Source: an uncultured Pelagibacteraceae bacterium (GTDB lineage: Bacteria; Pseudomonadota; Alphaproteobacteria; Pelagibacterales; Pelagibacteraceae). From it: 64,000 nucleotides of DNA. The notes under the pieces were generated by a model. That model made no database searches. It was not told where the DNA came from and was given only the letters and a program-made list of their open reading frames with translations. Made by a program: the position numbers and the translations under genes. This document shows, in pieces, positions 44,776-53,812 of this stretch (its first letter is position 1; every line of letters begins with the position of its first letter). The stretch covers positions 13,527 through 77,526 of the forward strand of contig CACNFB010000003.1 in the NCBI GenBank assembly GCA_902619665.1, in the 5' to 3' direction.

Positions 44776-45858
44776 ATGGAAAAGATAAACTTAAAAAATA
44801 AAATTATTAATGGGGACAGTCTTAAAGAGCTAAAAAAAATCCCTAAAGAAACTTTCGATTTAATCTTTGCAGACCCGCCTTACAATTTGCAATTAAAAAA
44901 TCAACTCACTAGACCAGACAGATCTAAAGTGAGTGCAGTAAATGACAAATGGGATCAGTTTGAAAGCTTTAAAAAATATGATGACTTTACATATGCATGG
45001 CTTGATGAATGTAAAAGAATTTTAAAAAAAAATGGAGCTATTTGGGTAATTGGTAGTTATCACAATATTTTTAGAGTTGGATCGGTTATTCAAAATTTAG
45101 GCTTTTGGATATTAAATGATGTTATATGGAATAAAAAAAATCCAATGCCTAATTTTAGAGGAACAAGATTTACTAATGCCCATGAAACTTTAATTTGGGC
45201 ATCGAAATCTGAAAAGTCTAAATACACTTTCAACTACCAATCTTTAAAATGTTTAAATGACGATCTTCAAATGAGATCTAACTGGGAATTACCGATTTGT
45301 AATGGTTCTGAAAGACTAAAAAAGAATGGTAAAAAAGTGCATTCTACCCAAAAACCCGAGGCTCTACTTCACAGAATTTTATTAGCAACAACAAATAAAA
45401 ATGATTTTGTTTTAGATCCTTTTTTAGGATCAGGAACAACGGCAACAGTAGCTAAGAAATTGGGAAGAAATTATTATGGTATTGAAAAAGAGAAAACCTA
45501 TTTTAATGCAGCTGAGCAAAGGTTAAAAAAAACAAAACCTATAGAAGATGATTATTTAGATACTCTTCAAAATGGAAGATCTAAACCAAGAATACCTTTT
45601 GGCTCATTAGTTGAGTTAGGAATAATTAAACCAGGAACCACTATATACGATAATAAAAAGAAAATTAGTGCAAAAATAATGGCTGATGGGAGTATCAAGC
45701 ATGAACAAACAGAGGGTTCAATTCATAAAGTAGCAGCCACAATTTTAGGAGCTGAAAGCTGCAACGGTTGGACTTTTTGGCACTACAATCTTAACGGTAG
45801 CATTGTACCCATTGACCACTTAAGACAGAGACTAATATCTAGTAATCAAGTTTTATAA
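44776..45858 (+). CDS. ccrM: Cell-cycle-regulated GANTC adenine methyltransferase CcrM
   Basis: Beta-class DPPYNLQL, NPMPNFRGTRFTNAHET, HSTQKPE, LDPFLGSGTT, and C-terminal GSIH...CNGWTFW domain; no restriction endonuclease nearby. Confidence 0.95.
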   Translation: MEKINLKNKIINGDSLKELKKIPKETFDLIFADPPYNLQLKNQLTRPDRSKVSAVNDKWDQFESFKKYDDFTYAWLDECKRILKKNGAIWVIGSYHNIFRVGSVIQNLGFWILNDVIWNKKNPMPNFRGTRFTNAHETLIWASKSEKSKYTFNYQSLKCLNDDLQMRSNWELPICNGSERLKKNGKKVHSTQKPEALLHRILLATTNKNDFVLDPFLGSGTTATVAKKLGRNYYGIEKEKTYFNAAEQRLKKTKPIEDDYLDTLQNGRSKPRIPFGSLVELGIIKPGTTIYDNKKKISAKIMADGSIKHEQTEGSIHKVAATILGAESCNGWTFWHYNLNGSIVPIDHLRQRLISSNQVL

Positions 45859-46994
45859 ATTCTACCTAAATAATAATCTAGAAATTTTCTATTTTTTACT
45901 AATCTTTTTAGGAAAATATTTCTGAAAAATATTATTAAAGGATTTGATAAATGAAAAGCAAACAAGTTAAATTTTGATCTTAAATTAATCATTTTTAATT
46001 TATTTACCCTCTTTTTGAAAAAATTGATTTCTTTATTGGTATTTAAAGAAACAAATAATTCATAAGCACTCTCAATCGATTGCGATGCACCTTGTGCAAA
46101 AGATGGTGGAAAGGCAAAAAAGGCATCACCTATCAAATGAATATTATTATTCTGTATTTTAAGAAACTTATCGCTAACAAACACTGGAAATATTTTTAAT
46201 TCCTTAATATCTGTAATAAATTCTTTAATTTCTTGAGGGAAATTTTCTAAAATTCTTTTGATAAAGGAATTTTCACTAAATAATAATGAATAATTGCCTT
46301 GTTCCTCTAATGAAAGAGAATGTTTCATAATAGCAATAAAATTTAAATCACCATTAGAATTTAATGGGTAAATAACATGGTGGAAGTTTGGACCTAAAAA
46401 CAAAGCTATATTTTTTTTGTTCACGTTTTCAGGAAATTTAGTTAATTTACCTCTAATAGCTAATGTGTCATTATATTTTGGTTTTACTTTGTTATTTGAA
46501 ATTAGGTTTTTACTCTTTGAAAAAACTCCATCAGCAATAATCAAGTAATCACATTCTTTAGTTACATTATTTTCAAATGAAATTTTAATTTGTTTTTCTT
46601 GGTCATTTATTTTTGAAATTTTAAAACCAGTTTTTATTATGTCGTCCAAATCTTTTTTTAAAAAATTTATTAAAGTTGATCTTTTTAGTGTTGTATATTT
46701 AATATCATCTGCATTGAAATTTGTAATATCTAGATCACAGATTTTATTTGATGAATTGATTGAAAAAAAATCAATTTTTTCAGGATTAAATTTTTCATTA
46801 TCAGATAATTTATTAAACCCAATTTTATTCAAAAGCTTAACGCTATTGACTGAAAGTTGAATACCGTAGCCATCTTCTAAATTAATAGTGTCGTTTTTTT
46901 CATAAATTGTAATTTCATAATTTAAACTATTTTTAAAAAGATTTGCGATGTACAAACCTGAGATGCCTGCTCCAATTATCGCAATTTTTTTCAT
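45846..46994 (-). CDS. FAD-dependent monooxygenase (class A flavoprotein hydroxylase, salicylate hydroxylase/UbiH-like)
   Basis: GAGISG, GIQLSVN, ADGVFS and IGDAFFAFPPSFAQGAS. Confidence 0.8.
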   Translation of the reverse strand: MKKIAIIGAGISGLYIANLFKNSLNYEITIYEKNDTINLEDGYGIQLSVNSVKLLNKIGFNKLSDNEKFNPEKIDFFSINSSNKICDLDITNFNADDIKYTTLKRSTLINFLKKDLDDIIKTGFKISKINDQEKQIKISFENNVTKECDYLIIADGVFSKSKNLISNNKVKPKYNDTLAIRGKLTKFPENVNKKNIALFLGPNFHHVIYPLNSNGDLNFIAIMKHSLSLEEQGNYSLLFSENSFIKRILENFPQEIKEFITDIKELKIFPVFVSDKFLKIQNNNIHLIGDAFFAFPPSFAQGASQSIESAYELFVSLNTNKEINFFKKRVNKLKMINLRSKFNLFAFHLSNPLIIFFRNIFLKRLVKNRKFLDYYLGRIYKT

Positions 46995-47974
46995 TAATTT
47001 TTCTCGAGATATTTAACTACTTTTTTAGTGAATGTTGGTAACATATAATTACTTAATTTTCTTTGATCAATCCAAGTAGATGATGAATATTTATTGATAT
47101 TTTTTAAATGTAGTATTTTTATATTCATATTCATATTAGACAATTTAATATTAAGATTTTTATTAAATTTTTTAGGTTTATGTAGTTCTTCCATGGGAAA
47201 AATTCTCAAGTTTTTTAAAAAATTAAATTTAGTATTTTTTATTAATAAATATTTTTGATTTTTTTTATAAACTTTGAGTAAAAAATATTTGTCTTTATAT
47301 TTTTTTGAATTTTTTGTTAAATTAAAGTCTTTCTTTTTAAAAGATTTACATTTTTTAGTTATAGGACATTGGCAGCACATTGGGTTGGTAGGTTTGCAAA
47401 CTAAAGCACCAAATTCCATAAGTGCCTGAGCATAATCACTTGAACGGTTTGAAAATCCTAAAATAGACTTTTTTTTAATTAAATTTTCTTTCTGAATTTC
47501 TTTTTCTTTTTTTAAATAAAGGTATCTTTTTATAAACCTTTCTACATTTCCATCTAGTGGGATATATGGCTTATTGAACGCAATAGCTAAAATTGCATTA
47601 GCAGTATAATCTCCAATACCAGATAGTGATTTCAAATCGTCAAAATTATCTGGTATTACTCCATTAAAATTTTTAATTACAGTCTGCGCTGCTTTCTTTA
47701 AGTTTCTTGCTCTTGAATAGTATCCAAGACCTTCCCAAAGTTTAATTAGTTTTTTGTTATCAATACTTGCAAGTTTTTTTATGTTTGGAATTTCTTTAAC
47801 AAATTTGTTAAAGTATGGAATTACGGTTGCTACTTGAGTTTGTTGCAACATAAATTCACTAATCAACGTATTATACTGTCTTTTTTCTTTGGAAACATTT
47901 TTTCGCCATGGTAATGATCTTTTATTTAAATCATACCATTTCAGAATATTTTTTGTTACAAATGTATCACTCAT
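46994..47974 (-). CDS. mutY: A/G-specific adenine glycosylase
   Basis: RSLPWR, SEFMLQQTQV, WEGLGYYSRARNL, HhH GIGDYTA, LDGNV and CX6CX2CX5C; ATG at 47974. Confidence 0.95.
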   Translation of the reverse strand: MSDTFVTKNILKWYDLNKRSLPWRKNVSKEKRQYNTLISEFMLQQTQVATVIPYFNKFVKEIPNIKKLASIDNKKLIKLWEGLGYYSRARNLKKAAQTVIKNFNGVIPDNFDDLKSLSGIGDYTANAILAIAFNKPYIPLDGNVERFIKRYLYLKKEKEIQKENLIKKKSILGFSNRSSDYAQALMEFGALVCKPTNPMCCQCPITKKCKSFKKKDFNLTKNSKKYKDKYFLLKVYKKNQKYLLIKNTKFNFLKNLRIFPMEELHKPKKFNKNLNIKLSNMNMNIKILHLKNINKYSSSTWIDQRKLSNYMLPTFTKKVVKYLEKN

Positions 47975-48451
47975 ATGCAATTTAAAAAATATACTAAGCA
48001 GAGATTAGGGGGCATTCAAGGTCTAAGATCTTTTAAAGACACTTTGCCCACAAAAGTTAAAAAAATCATAAATAAAAAAGGTAGTATATTTCCTGAAATA
48101 TTAAATAATTGGAAATATATAGTAGGTAAAGAATTATTTGATATTTGTTATCCAAATAGATTTAAGAGTTCAAACAAAGTCAGAGGATCGACATTAGAAA
48201 TTATGGTAAATAGAGGTAGTGAAGTGGATGTGGAGTATTCCAAAAAACAAATTTTGAATAAATTAAATTCAATTTTTGGTTATGCAGCGGTGGATAAAAT
48301 AAAGTTAATAACTTTTGAAAAAAATGAGAAAATTAATTTAGAAAAAAGTAAAAGTGCGTCAAAAAAAGATTTCTCAAAAAGTCTGAGTGGCATTAAAAAT
48401 GTAAATATTAAAAATGCTCTTAAAGAATTAATTAATTCATATAAAAAATAA
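47975..48451 (+). CDS. dciA: DciA (DUF721) replicative helicase loader
   Basis: W..IVG......C.P, L.I, ILNKLNSIFGYAAVDKIKL; conserved mutY/dciA-dsbA-smc neighbourhood. Confidence 0.78.
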   Translation: MQFKKYTKQRLGGIQGLRSFKDTLPTKVKKIINKKGSIFPEILNNWKYIVGKELFDICYPNRFKSSNKVRGSTLEIMVNRGSEVDVEYSKKQILNKLNSIFGYAAVDKIKLITFEKNEKINLEKSKSASKKDFSKSLSGIKNVNIKNALKELINSYKK

Positions 48452-49033
48452 ATGAAAAAAATAAAAACTATATTACTATTTGTGTTTGTTTCATTGTCTA
48501 ATCCTTCTTACGCTGAAACAATTAAGCCAATAATTGATGGAAATAGTGATGCAAAAATAAAGCTTGTAGTTTATGAATCTTTAACATGTTCTTATTGTGC
48601 TAACTTTCATAAGAATGTTTATCCAGAATTAAAGAAAAATTTTATTGATGAGGGGATTATATCAATTGAATATAAAAGTTTTCCATTAAATATTGCCGCT
48701 TTAAATGCTTCAAAGTTTGCACATTGTGAGAACGACGGAAATTCTAAATTACTTCACTTTTTATATGATAACCAGAACGAATGGGCAAAAGGTTCGACAG
48801 CTGAAGAATACAATAAAAATCTAATCAAAGTTATTAAATCTGGAAACTTTAAAATTGATAAGCAAAAATGCTTGGAGAATAAGTCGTTAGAGGATCATAT
48901 ACTTAACGACCGAATCGAAGGGGTAAAAAGTTTTAATATAAACTCAACCCCTACTCTATTAATAAATGGGAAAAAGTTCGAAAAATCACTTACATACAAA
49001 AATTTGAAAAAAGCTATAGAAAAACTATTATAG
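48452..49033 (+). CDS. DsbA-family thiol:disulfide oxidoreductase
   Basis: Signal peptide, CSYC active site and INSTPT cis-Pro loop. Confidence 0.88.
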   Translation: MKKIKTILLFVFVSLSNPSYAETIKPIIDGNSDAKIKLVVYESLTCSYCANFHKNVYPELKKNFIDEGIISIEYKSFPLNIAALNASKFAHCENDGNSKLLHFLYDNQNEWAKGSTAEEYNKNLIKVIKSGNFKIDKQKCLENKSLEDHILNDRIEGVKSFNINSTPTLLINGKKFEKSLTYKNLKKAIEKLL

Positions 49034-49039
49034 TTTTTA

Positions 49040-51436
49040 ATGGAATTTAAAAAAATTCAATTAAACGGTTTTAAATCATTTGCTGATAAAACCGATCTAT
49101 TAATAGAAAATGGACTTACGGGCATTGTTGGACCTAATGGTTGTGGAAAATCAAACATTGTAGAATCCTTAAGATGGTGTATGGGAGAAACTTCTGCGAA
49201 GAGCATGAGAGGATCGGGAATGGAGGATGTTATATTCTCTGGCACTTCAAACAAACCATCAAAAAATATTGCAGAGGTAACTTTAAATTTGCTTAACAAT
49301 GACAATGAGGGTCCACATCAATATAAAAATACTCCTAGTATAGAAATAAAAAGAAAAATAGAAAAGGACAAAGGATCAAAATTTTCGATAAATGGCAAAG
49401 AAGTCCGGGCAAAGGATGCACAGATGTTTTTTGCTGACTTGTCGACTGGTGCTCATTCACCATCACTGATAAGTCAAGGAAGAATAGGCTCATTAGTAAC
49501 CGCAAAACCTAGTGACAGAAGAGCTATTTTGGAGGAGGCCGCAGGTATAGCTGGACTGCACGCAAGAAGACATGAAGCTGAAATTAGATTGAACGCTGCT
49601 GAAAATAATCTCAAAAGAGCTGATGAGTTAAGGAGACAACAGGAAAAACAATTAGCAAATTTACAAAAACAAGCCGAGGAGGCAAATAAATATAAAGTTA
49701 TATCAAATGAAATAAAAAAAATAGAGGCTGGTCTATATTATCTCAAGCTTCAAGATATTGACAAAGAGATTAAACTAGAAAAAGAAATTAATGAGGATTC
49801 TGATAAAGAATTTGACAAATTCAATAATGAAATAGAAGATTTAAAAAATAAAATTCAAAATGAATTAAATAAACTTGACCCTATTAAACAAAAAAATTTT
49901 GAGAATCTATCAAAAATACAAAGGTTAAATTTAGAATTAAAAAGCCTAGATGAAGAAAATATTAGAATACAAGATGAAATAGAGAAACTTAATGAAAATC
50001 TTAACATTTTAGATCAAGATAAAGATCGAGAAAAAAGCATTATAATTGACGCTAACTCTAATGAGAAGAGAATAAAAGAAGAAAAAAAAGATTTAATTGA
50101 AATAGATTCTAAATATTATGAAACTGAAAAACAATCTTCGTCAGACTTAAAAGATTTTAAGGGTAAACTAAATACAGAATTAGCCTCAATTAAGGATTTA
50201 ATTATTTCTAATAAAAATGATGACGCAGTGATTGCTCTAGACAATTTCAAGAATACAATCGATGAATACTGTGAAGTATATAGTAAAAATCAAAATATTA
50301 AAAAAGAGTCTGTAAAAAGATCCGAAAGAATACAAAATATCGATAAAGAAATAGAAAGTTGGAAAAACCTTTTAAACAAATCAGAAATAACAATCAATAA
50401 ATTAGAAGATAGAAAAAATAAAACGCTTGATCAATTAAAAGGACTTGAGGCCAAACCAAAAGATCAAGCAGAAAAAAAAGGTCAATTAAATGAGAATCTT
50501 AGATTATCAAATTTAGATAAAGAACAAAATGAAGTTATTATAAAAGAAAGCGAAGATAAATTATCAACGCTGAATGTTAATCTCAATGAAGTTAAAGAAA
50601 ATTCTATAGAGATAAGAGAGAGAAAAGCCAGTTCAGCTGCAACAATTGATGGATTAAATAAGAGAAGATTAGATCTACTTGAGAGAATAGAAAATGAACT
50701 CAATTTGAATGAAAATAATATTCTTGAATTCTCGAACCTAGAATTAAATGAAGAGTTTCCTGATGCCGTAACGCAAGAAGAGTTGCTTGATAAGAAAAAA
50801 CGAGAGAGAGATAAATTGGGATCTGTTAACCTAAGAGCGGATGAAGAAACTACAAAATATCAAGATGAAATAAAAAAAATGGAAAAAGATAGATCAGATT
50901 TAGTGACTGCAATTACAAAATTAAAAGAAAGTATTAATGAATTAAATCAGAAAGGTAGAGAAAGGCTTATTGAGGCTTTTGAAAAAGTAAATAGAAAATT
51001 CAATGAAGTTTACACAAAACTTTTTAATGGTGGCAGCGCAAAACTAGAACTGATCGACTCTGATGATCCTCTTGATGCAGGTTTAGAGATGCTTGTAAGT
51101 CCTCCAGGAAAAAGATTGCAATCAATAACTTTATTGTCAGGTGGTGAACAAGCATTGACAGCCCTATCTTTAATTTTTGCAGTTTTTTTAACAAACCCAG
51201 CTCCAATTTGTGTTTTAGATGAAGTTGATGCTCCTTTAGACGATGCCAACGTTACAAGATTTTGTAATTTACTTGAAGAACTTACAAAAATTACAAAGAC
51301 AAAATTTGTGATTGTTACACACCACGCTTTAACAATGTCAAAAATGAACCGTCTTTATGGTGTTACAATGCCTGAAAAAGGTATTAGTCAGCTTGTTGCA
51401 GTTGACCTAGAGAAAGCCGAAAGCATGGTCGCTTAA
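49040..51436 (+). CDS. smc: Chromosome segregation protein Smc (shortened, 798 aa)
   Basis: GFKSF, Walker A GPNGCGKSN, Q-loop ISQG, LLSGGE, LDEVDAPLD and VTH; long coiled coils. Confidence 0.95.
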   Translation: MEFKKIQLNGFKSFADKTDLLIENGLTGIVGPNGCGKSNIVESLRWCMGETSAKSMRGSGMEDVIFSGTSNKPSKNIAEVTLNLLNNDNEGPHQYKNTPSIEIKRKIEKDKGSKFSINGKEVRAKDAQMFFADLSTGAHSPSLISQGRIGSLVTAKPSDRRAILEEAAGIAGLHARRHEAEIRLNAAENNLKRADELRRQQEKQLANLQKQAEEANKYKVISNEIKKIEAGLYYLKLQDIDKEIKLEKEINEDSDKEFDKFNNEIEDLKNKIQNELNKLDPIKQKNFENLSKIQRLNLELKSLDEENIRIQDEIEKLNENLNILDQDKDREKSIIIDANSNEKRIKEEKKDLIEIDSKYYETEKQSSSDLKDFKGKLNTELASIKDLIISNKNDDAVIALDNFKNTIDEYCEVYSKNQNIKKESVKRSERIQNIDKEIESWKNLLNKSEITINKLEDRKNKTLDQLKGLEAKPKDQAEKKGQLNENLRLSNLDKEQNEVIIKESEDKLSTLNVNLNEVKENSIEIRERKASSAATIDGLNKRRLDLLERIENELNLNENNILEFSNLELNEEFPDAVTQEELLDKKKRERDKLGSVNLRADEETTKYQDEIKKMEKDRSDLVTAITKLKESINELNQKGRERLIEAFEKVNRKFNEVYTKLFNGGSAKLELIDSDDPLDAGLEMLVSPPGKRLQSITLLSGGEQALTALSLIFAVFLTNPAPICVLDEVDAPLDDANVTRFCNLLEELTKITKTKFVIVTHHALTMSKMNRLYGVTMPEKGISQLVAVDLEKAESMVA

Positions 51437-51706
51437 ATGAAAAGAGATGACGACCTAAAAATTCGCCTTAAAATTGCAAAAAAGAAAATTACCCCTGAAA
51501 AAGATCCACCTGCACAGTCAAATTTAGGACAGGCTTTCAAAATGAGCACTGAGCTTGTTTCTGCTGTACTAGTTGGGACAATTATTGGGTTTATTTTAGA
51601 CACTTGGTTTGATACTAAACCATGGTTAATAATAACATTTTTTTTTGTGGGTGTCGTAGCAGGTATAACCAATGTTATTAGGTCTGCAAAAAAAATACAA
51701 AAGTAA
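51437..51706 (+). CDS. atpI: ATP synthase protein I / AtpZ family
   Basis: ELVSAVLVG...G..LD..F.T.PW, two TMs; first gene of the F0 operon. Confidence 0.85.
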   Translation: MKRDDDLKIRLKIAKKKITPEKDPPAQSNLGQAFKMSTELVSAVLVGTIIGFILDTWFDTKPWLIITFFFVGVVAGITNVIRSAKKIQK

Positions 51707-51711
51707 GATTT

Positions 51712-52446
51712 ATGGCTGCAAATCCGATGTACCAATTCAATGTCTATAGAATTGGACCTGAAATTAAAATAGGTGAAGTTGATATATCATTTACAAATGC
51801 TAGTTTATTTATGGTCATTAGTACTCTTGCAATTCTGATTGTTTTTAATCTTGGGGCTAAAAAAAAATCACTTATACCTGATAAAATTCAATTGTTATCC
51901 GAACTTAGCTATTCTTTTGTATCAAAGATGATCAGTGATACAGCAGGAGCAAAGGCAAAACCTTATTTTGCATTTATATTTTCGTTATTTATGTTTGTAT
52001 TATTTTGCAATATGTTCGGGATGATACCTTATTCATTTACAGTAACTAGTCATATTATAGTTACTTTTGTTTTAGCAGCCTTTATTTTTATAGGCGTAAC
52101 TATTATTGGTTTCTTAAAACATGGCTTAGGATACTTAAAACTTTTTGTGCCTAGTGGTGTACCAATCATTCTTTTACCTTTGATAGTTGTTATAGAGATA
52201 ATTTCATACCTAAGCAGACCAATTAGTTTATCAGTTAGATTATTTGCTAATATGATGGCTGGTCACACAATGATGAAGGTCTTCGGAGGTTTTGTAGTAA
52301 GTCTTGGTTTAGTGGGAGGTTGGCTTCCATTAGGCTTTTCTGTTGCATTAACAGGTTTGGAAATATTAGTTGCTTTCCTTCAAGCTTATGTTTTTGCAAT
52401 TTTAACATGTATCTATTTAAATGATGCATTAAATTTACACCATTAA
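51712..52446 (+). CDS. atpB: ATP synthase F0 subunit a
   Basis: RPISLSVRLFANMMAGH and LQAYVF. Confidence 0.98.
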   Translation: MAANPMYQFNVYRIGPEIKIGEVDISFTNASLFMVISTLAILIVFNLGAKKKSLIPDKIQLLSELSYSFVSKMISDTAGAKAKPYFAFIFSLFMFVLFCNMFGMIPYSFTVTSHIIVTFVLAAFIFIGVTIIGFLKHGLGYLKLFVPSGVPIILLPLIVVIEIISYLSRPISLSVRLFANMMAGHTMMKVFGGFVVSLGLVGGWLPLGFSVALTGLEILVAFLQAYVFAILTCIYLNDALNLHH

Positions 52447-52448
52447 AA

Positions 52449-52454
52449 AGGAGG
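52449..52454 (+). promoter_or_regulatory. Strong Shine-Dalgarno of atpE
   Basis: AGGAGG 5 nt before the ATG at 52460. Confidence 0.8.
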
Positions 52455-52459
52455 AGAAT

Positions 52460-52687
52460 ATGGAACTAGAAGCAGCAAAAATGATAGGAGCAGGTCTTGC
52501 AGCGATTGCATTGGCTGGTGCTGGAGTAGGTATCGGAATTATTTTTGGTAACTATTTATCTGGCGCAATGAGAAATCCATCTGCAGCCCAAAAACAGTTT
52601 CCTAATTTATTATTAGGTTTCGCTTTGGCTGAAGCCACAGGGCTTTTTGGACTTGTTGTTGCATTGATTATTTTATTCGCATTTTAA
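52460..52687 (+). CDS. atpE: ATP synthase F0 subunit c
   Basis: GAGVGIG, RNP and the ion-binding Glu in LAEA. Confidence 0.99.
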   Translation: MELEAAKMIGAGLAAIALAGAGVGIGIIFGNYLSGAMRNPSAAQKQFPNLLLGFALAEATGLFGLVVALIILFAF

Positions 52688-52696
52688 ATTAAGTTT

Positions 52697-53269
52697 GTGA
52701 AAAAAATAATAATTTTCTTGTACGCACTTTTTAGCTTTAATTGTATTGCTAAAAGTGCTGAGACTGGGGGTATGCCCCAATTAAATCCAGAGTTTTGGTT
52801 TTCTCAAATATTTTGGTTGACCATTACTTTTGGGATTTTATTTATTATATTATCTAAATTTATACTACCAAAAATAAGAAATAATTTAGAGACAAGAAAA
52901 TCGCAAATTATGGAAAACATTGAGATTGCAGATAATCAAAAAACAAACAGTGAAAAAAATCTAAAAGAGTATGATAAAATAATATCGGATGCTAAAGATA
53001 AAGCCAAAAAAACCTTTAATTTGGCAAAAGAAAAAATTCAATTAGATCTGGGTAAAGAAAGAGAAAAGATAGAGAGCGAACTTAATTCTGAAATTCAAGA
53101 TGCTGAAAATGAGATAAAAGATCTAAAAAAATCATCTCCAGAAAAAATAAGTCTAATTGCTGTAGATACTGCAGCCGAAATTATTCAAAAATTAATTGGA
53201 GTAGAAGTAAATAAAAGTAACGTTTCAGCAATAGTTAACGAACAAGTCAAACTTATGAAGGGCAAATAA
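52697..53269 (+). CDS. ATP synthase F0 subunit b'
   Basis: GMPQL...SQIFWL, TM plus coiled coil; GTG start. Confidence 0.92.
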   Translation: MKKIIIFLYALFSFNCIAKSAETGGMPQLNPEFWFSQIFWLTITFGILFIILSKFILPKIRNNLETRKSQIMENIEIADNQKTNSEKNLKEYDKIISDAKDKAKKTFNLAKEKIQLDLGKEREKIESELNSEIQDAENEIKDLKKSSPEKISLIAVDTAAEIIQKLIGVEVNKSNVSAIVNEQVKLMKGK

Positions 53270-53769
53270 TGGTATTTGATGCAACTTTTTGGGTAGCAAT
53301 ATCTTTTATTATATTTTTTGGAGTTTTAATTTATTTAAAAGTACCTTTAAAAATAAACGACAACCTAAATAAATTAATTTCCGACATAAAAAATGAGCTT
53401 AATGAAAGTGAGAAATTAAGAAAAGAAACGAAAGTATTTTTAGATCAATCCCAATCAAAACTTAATAGCGCTTCAGATGAAACAAAAGTTATAATAGAGA
53501 ATGCTAAGAAAGACGCTGACGCTATGGTTCAACAAATGAAAGATAAATTTAACAAATCAGCAGAAATTAAAAAAAGATTGACTGAGGAAAAAATTACTCA
53601 AATGAAAGAACAGGCAATAAAAGAAATAAAAAATACCTCTATAGATATTGCAGTCAACTCGGTTGAAAAAATAATAAAAAATACGATAGATAAGTCTAAA
53701 TTAGATAACATTTTCCAGAAAAATATTGATGAAAGTAAAGAAGCTCTAAAAAAATTAAAATCAAACTAA
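53269..53769 (+). CDS. atpF: ATP synthase F0 subunit b
   Basis: DATFWVAISF, TM plus coiled coil. Confidence 0.92.
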   Translation: MVFDATFWVAISFIIFFGVLIYLKVPLKINDNLNKLISDIKNELNESEKLRKETKVFLDQSQSKLNSASDETKVIIENAKKDADAMVQQMKDKFNKSAEIKKRLTEEKITQMKEQAIKEIKNTSIDIAVNSVEKIIKNTIDKSKLDNIFQKNIDESKEALKKLKSN

Positions 53770-53812
53770 ATATTTTCTTACTTTCGAATTTAAAAAAATA
53801 TAAATTAACAAT

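Noticed and set aside
44776-45858. DNA methyltransferase as part of a restriction-modification or defence system
   Set aside because: It has CcrM-specific motifs and C-terminal domain, the conserved rnhB-ccrM context, and no nuclease partner
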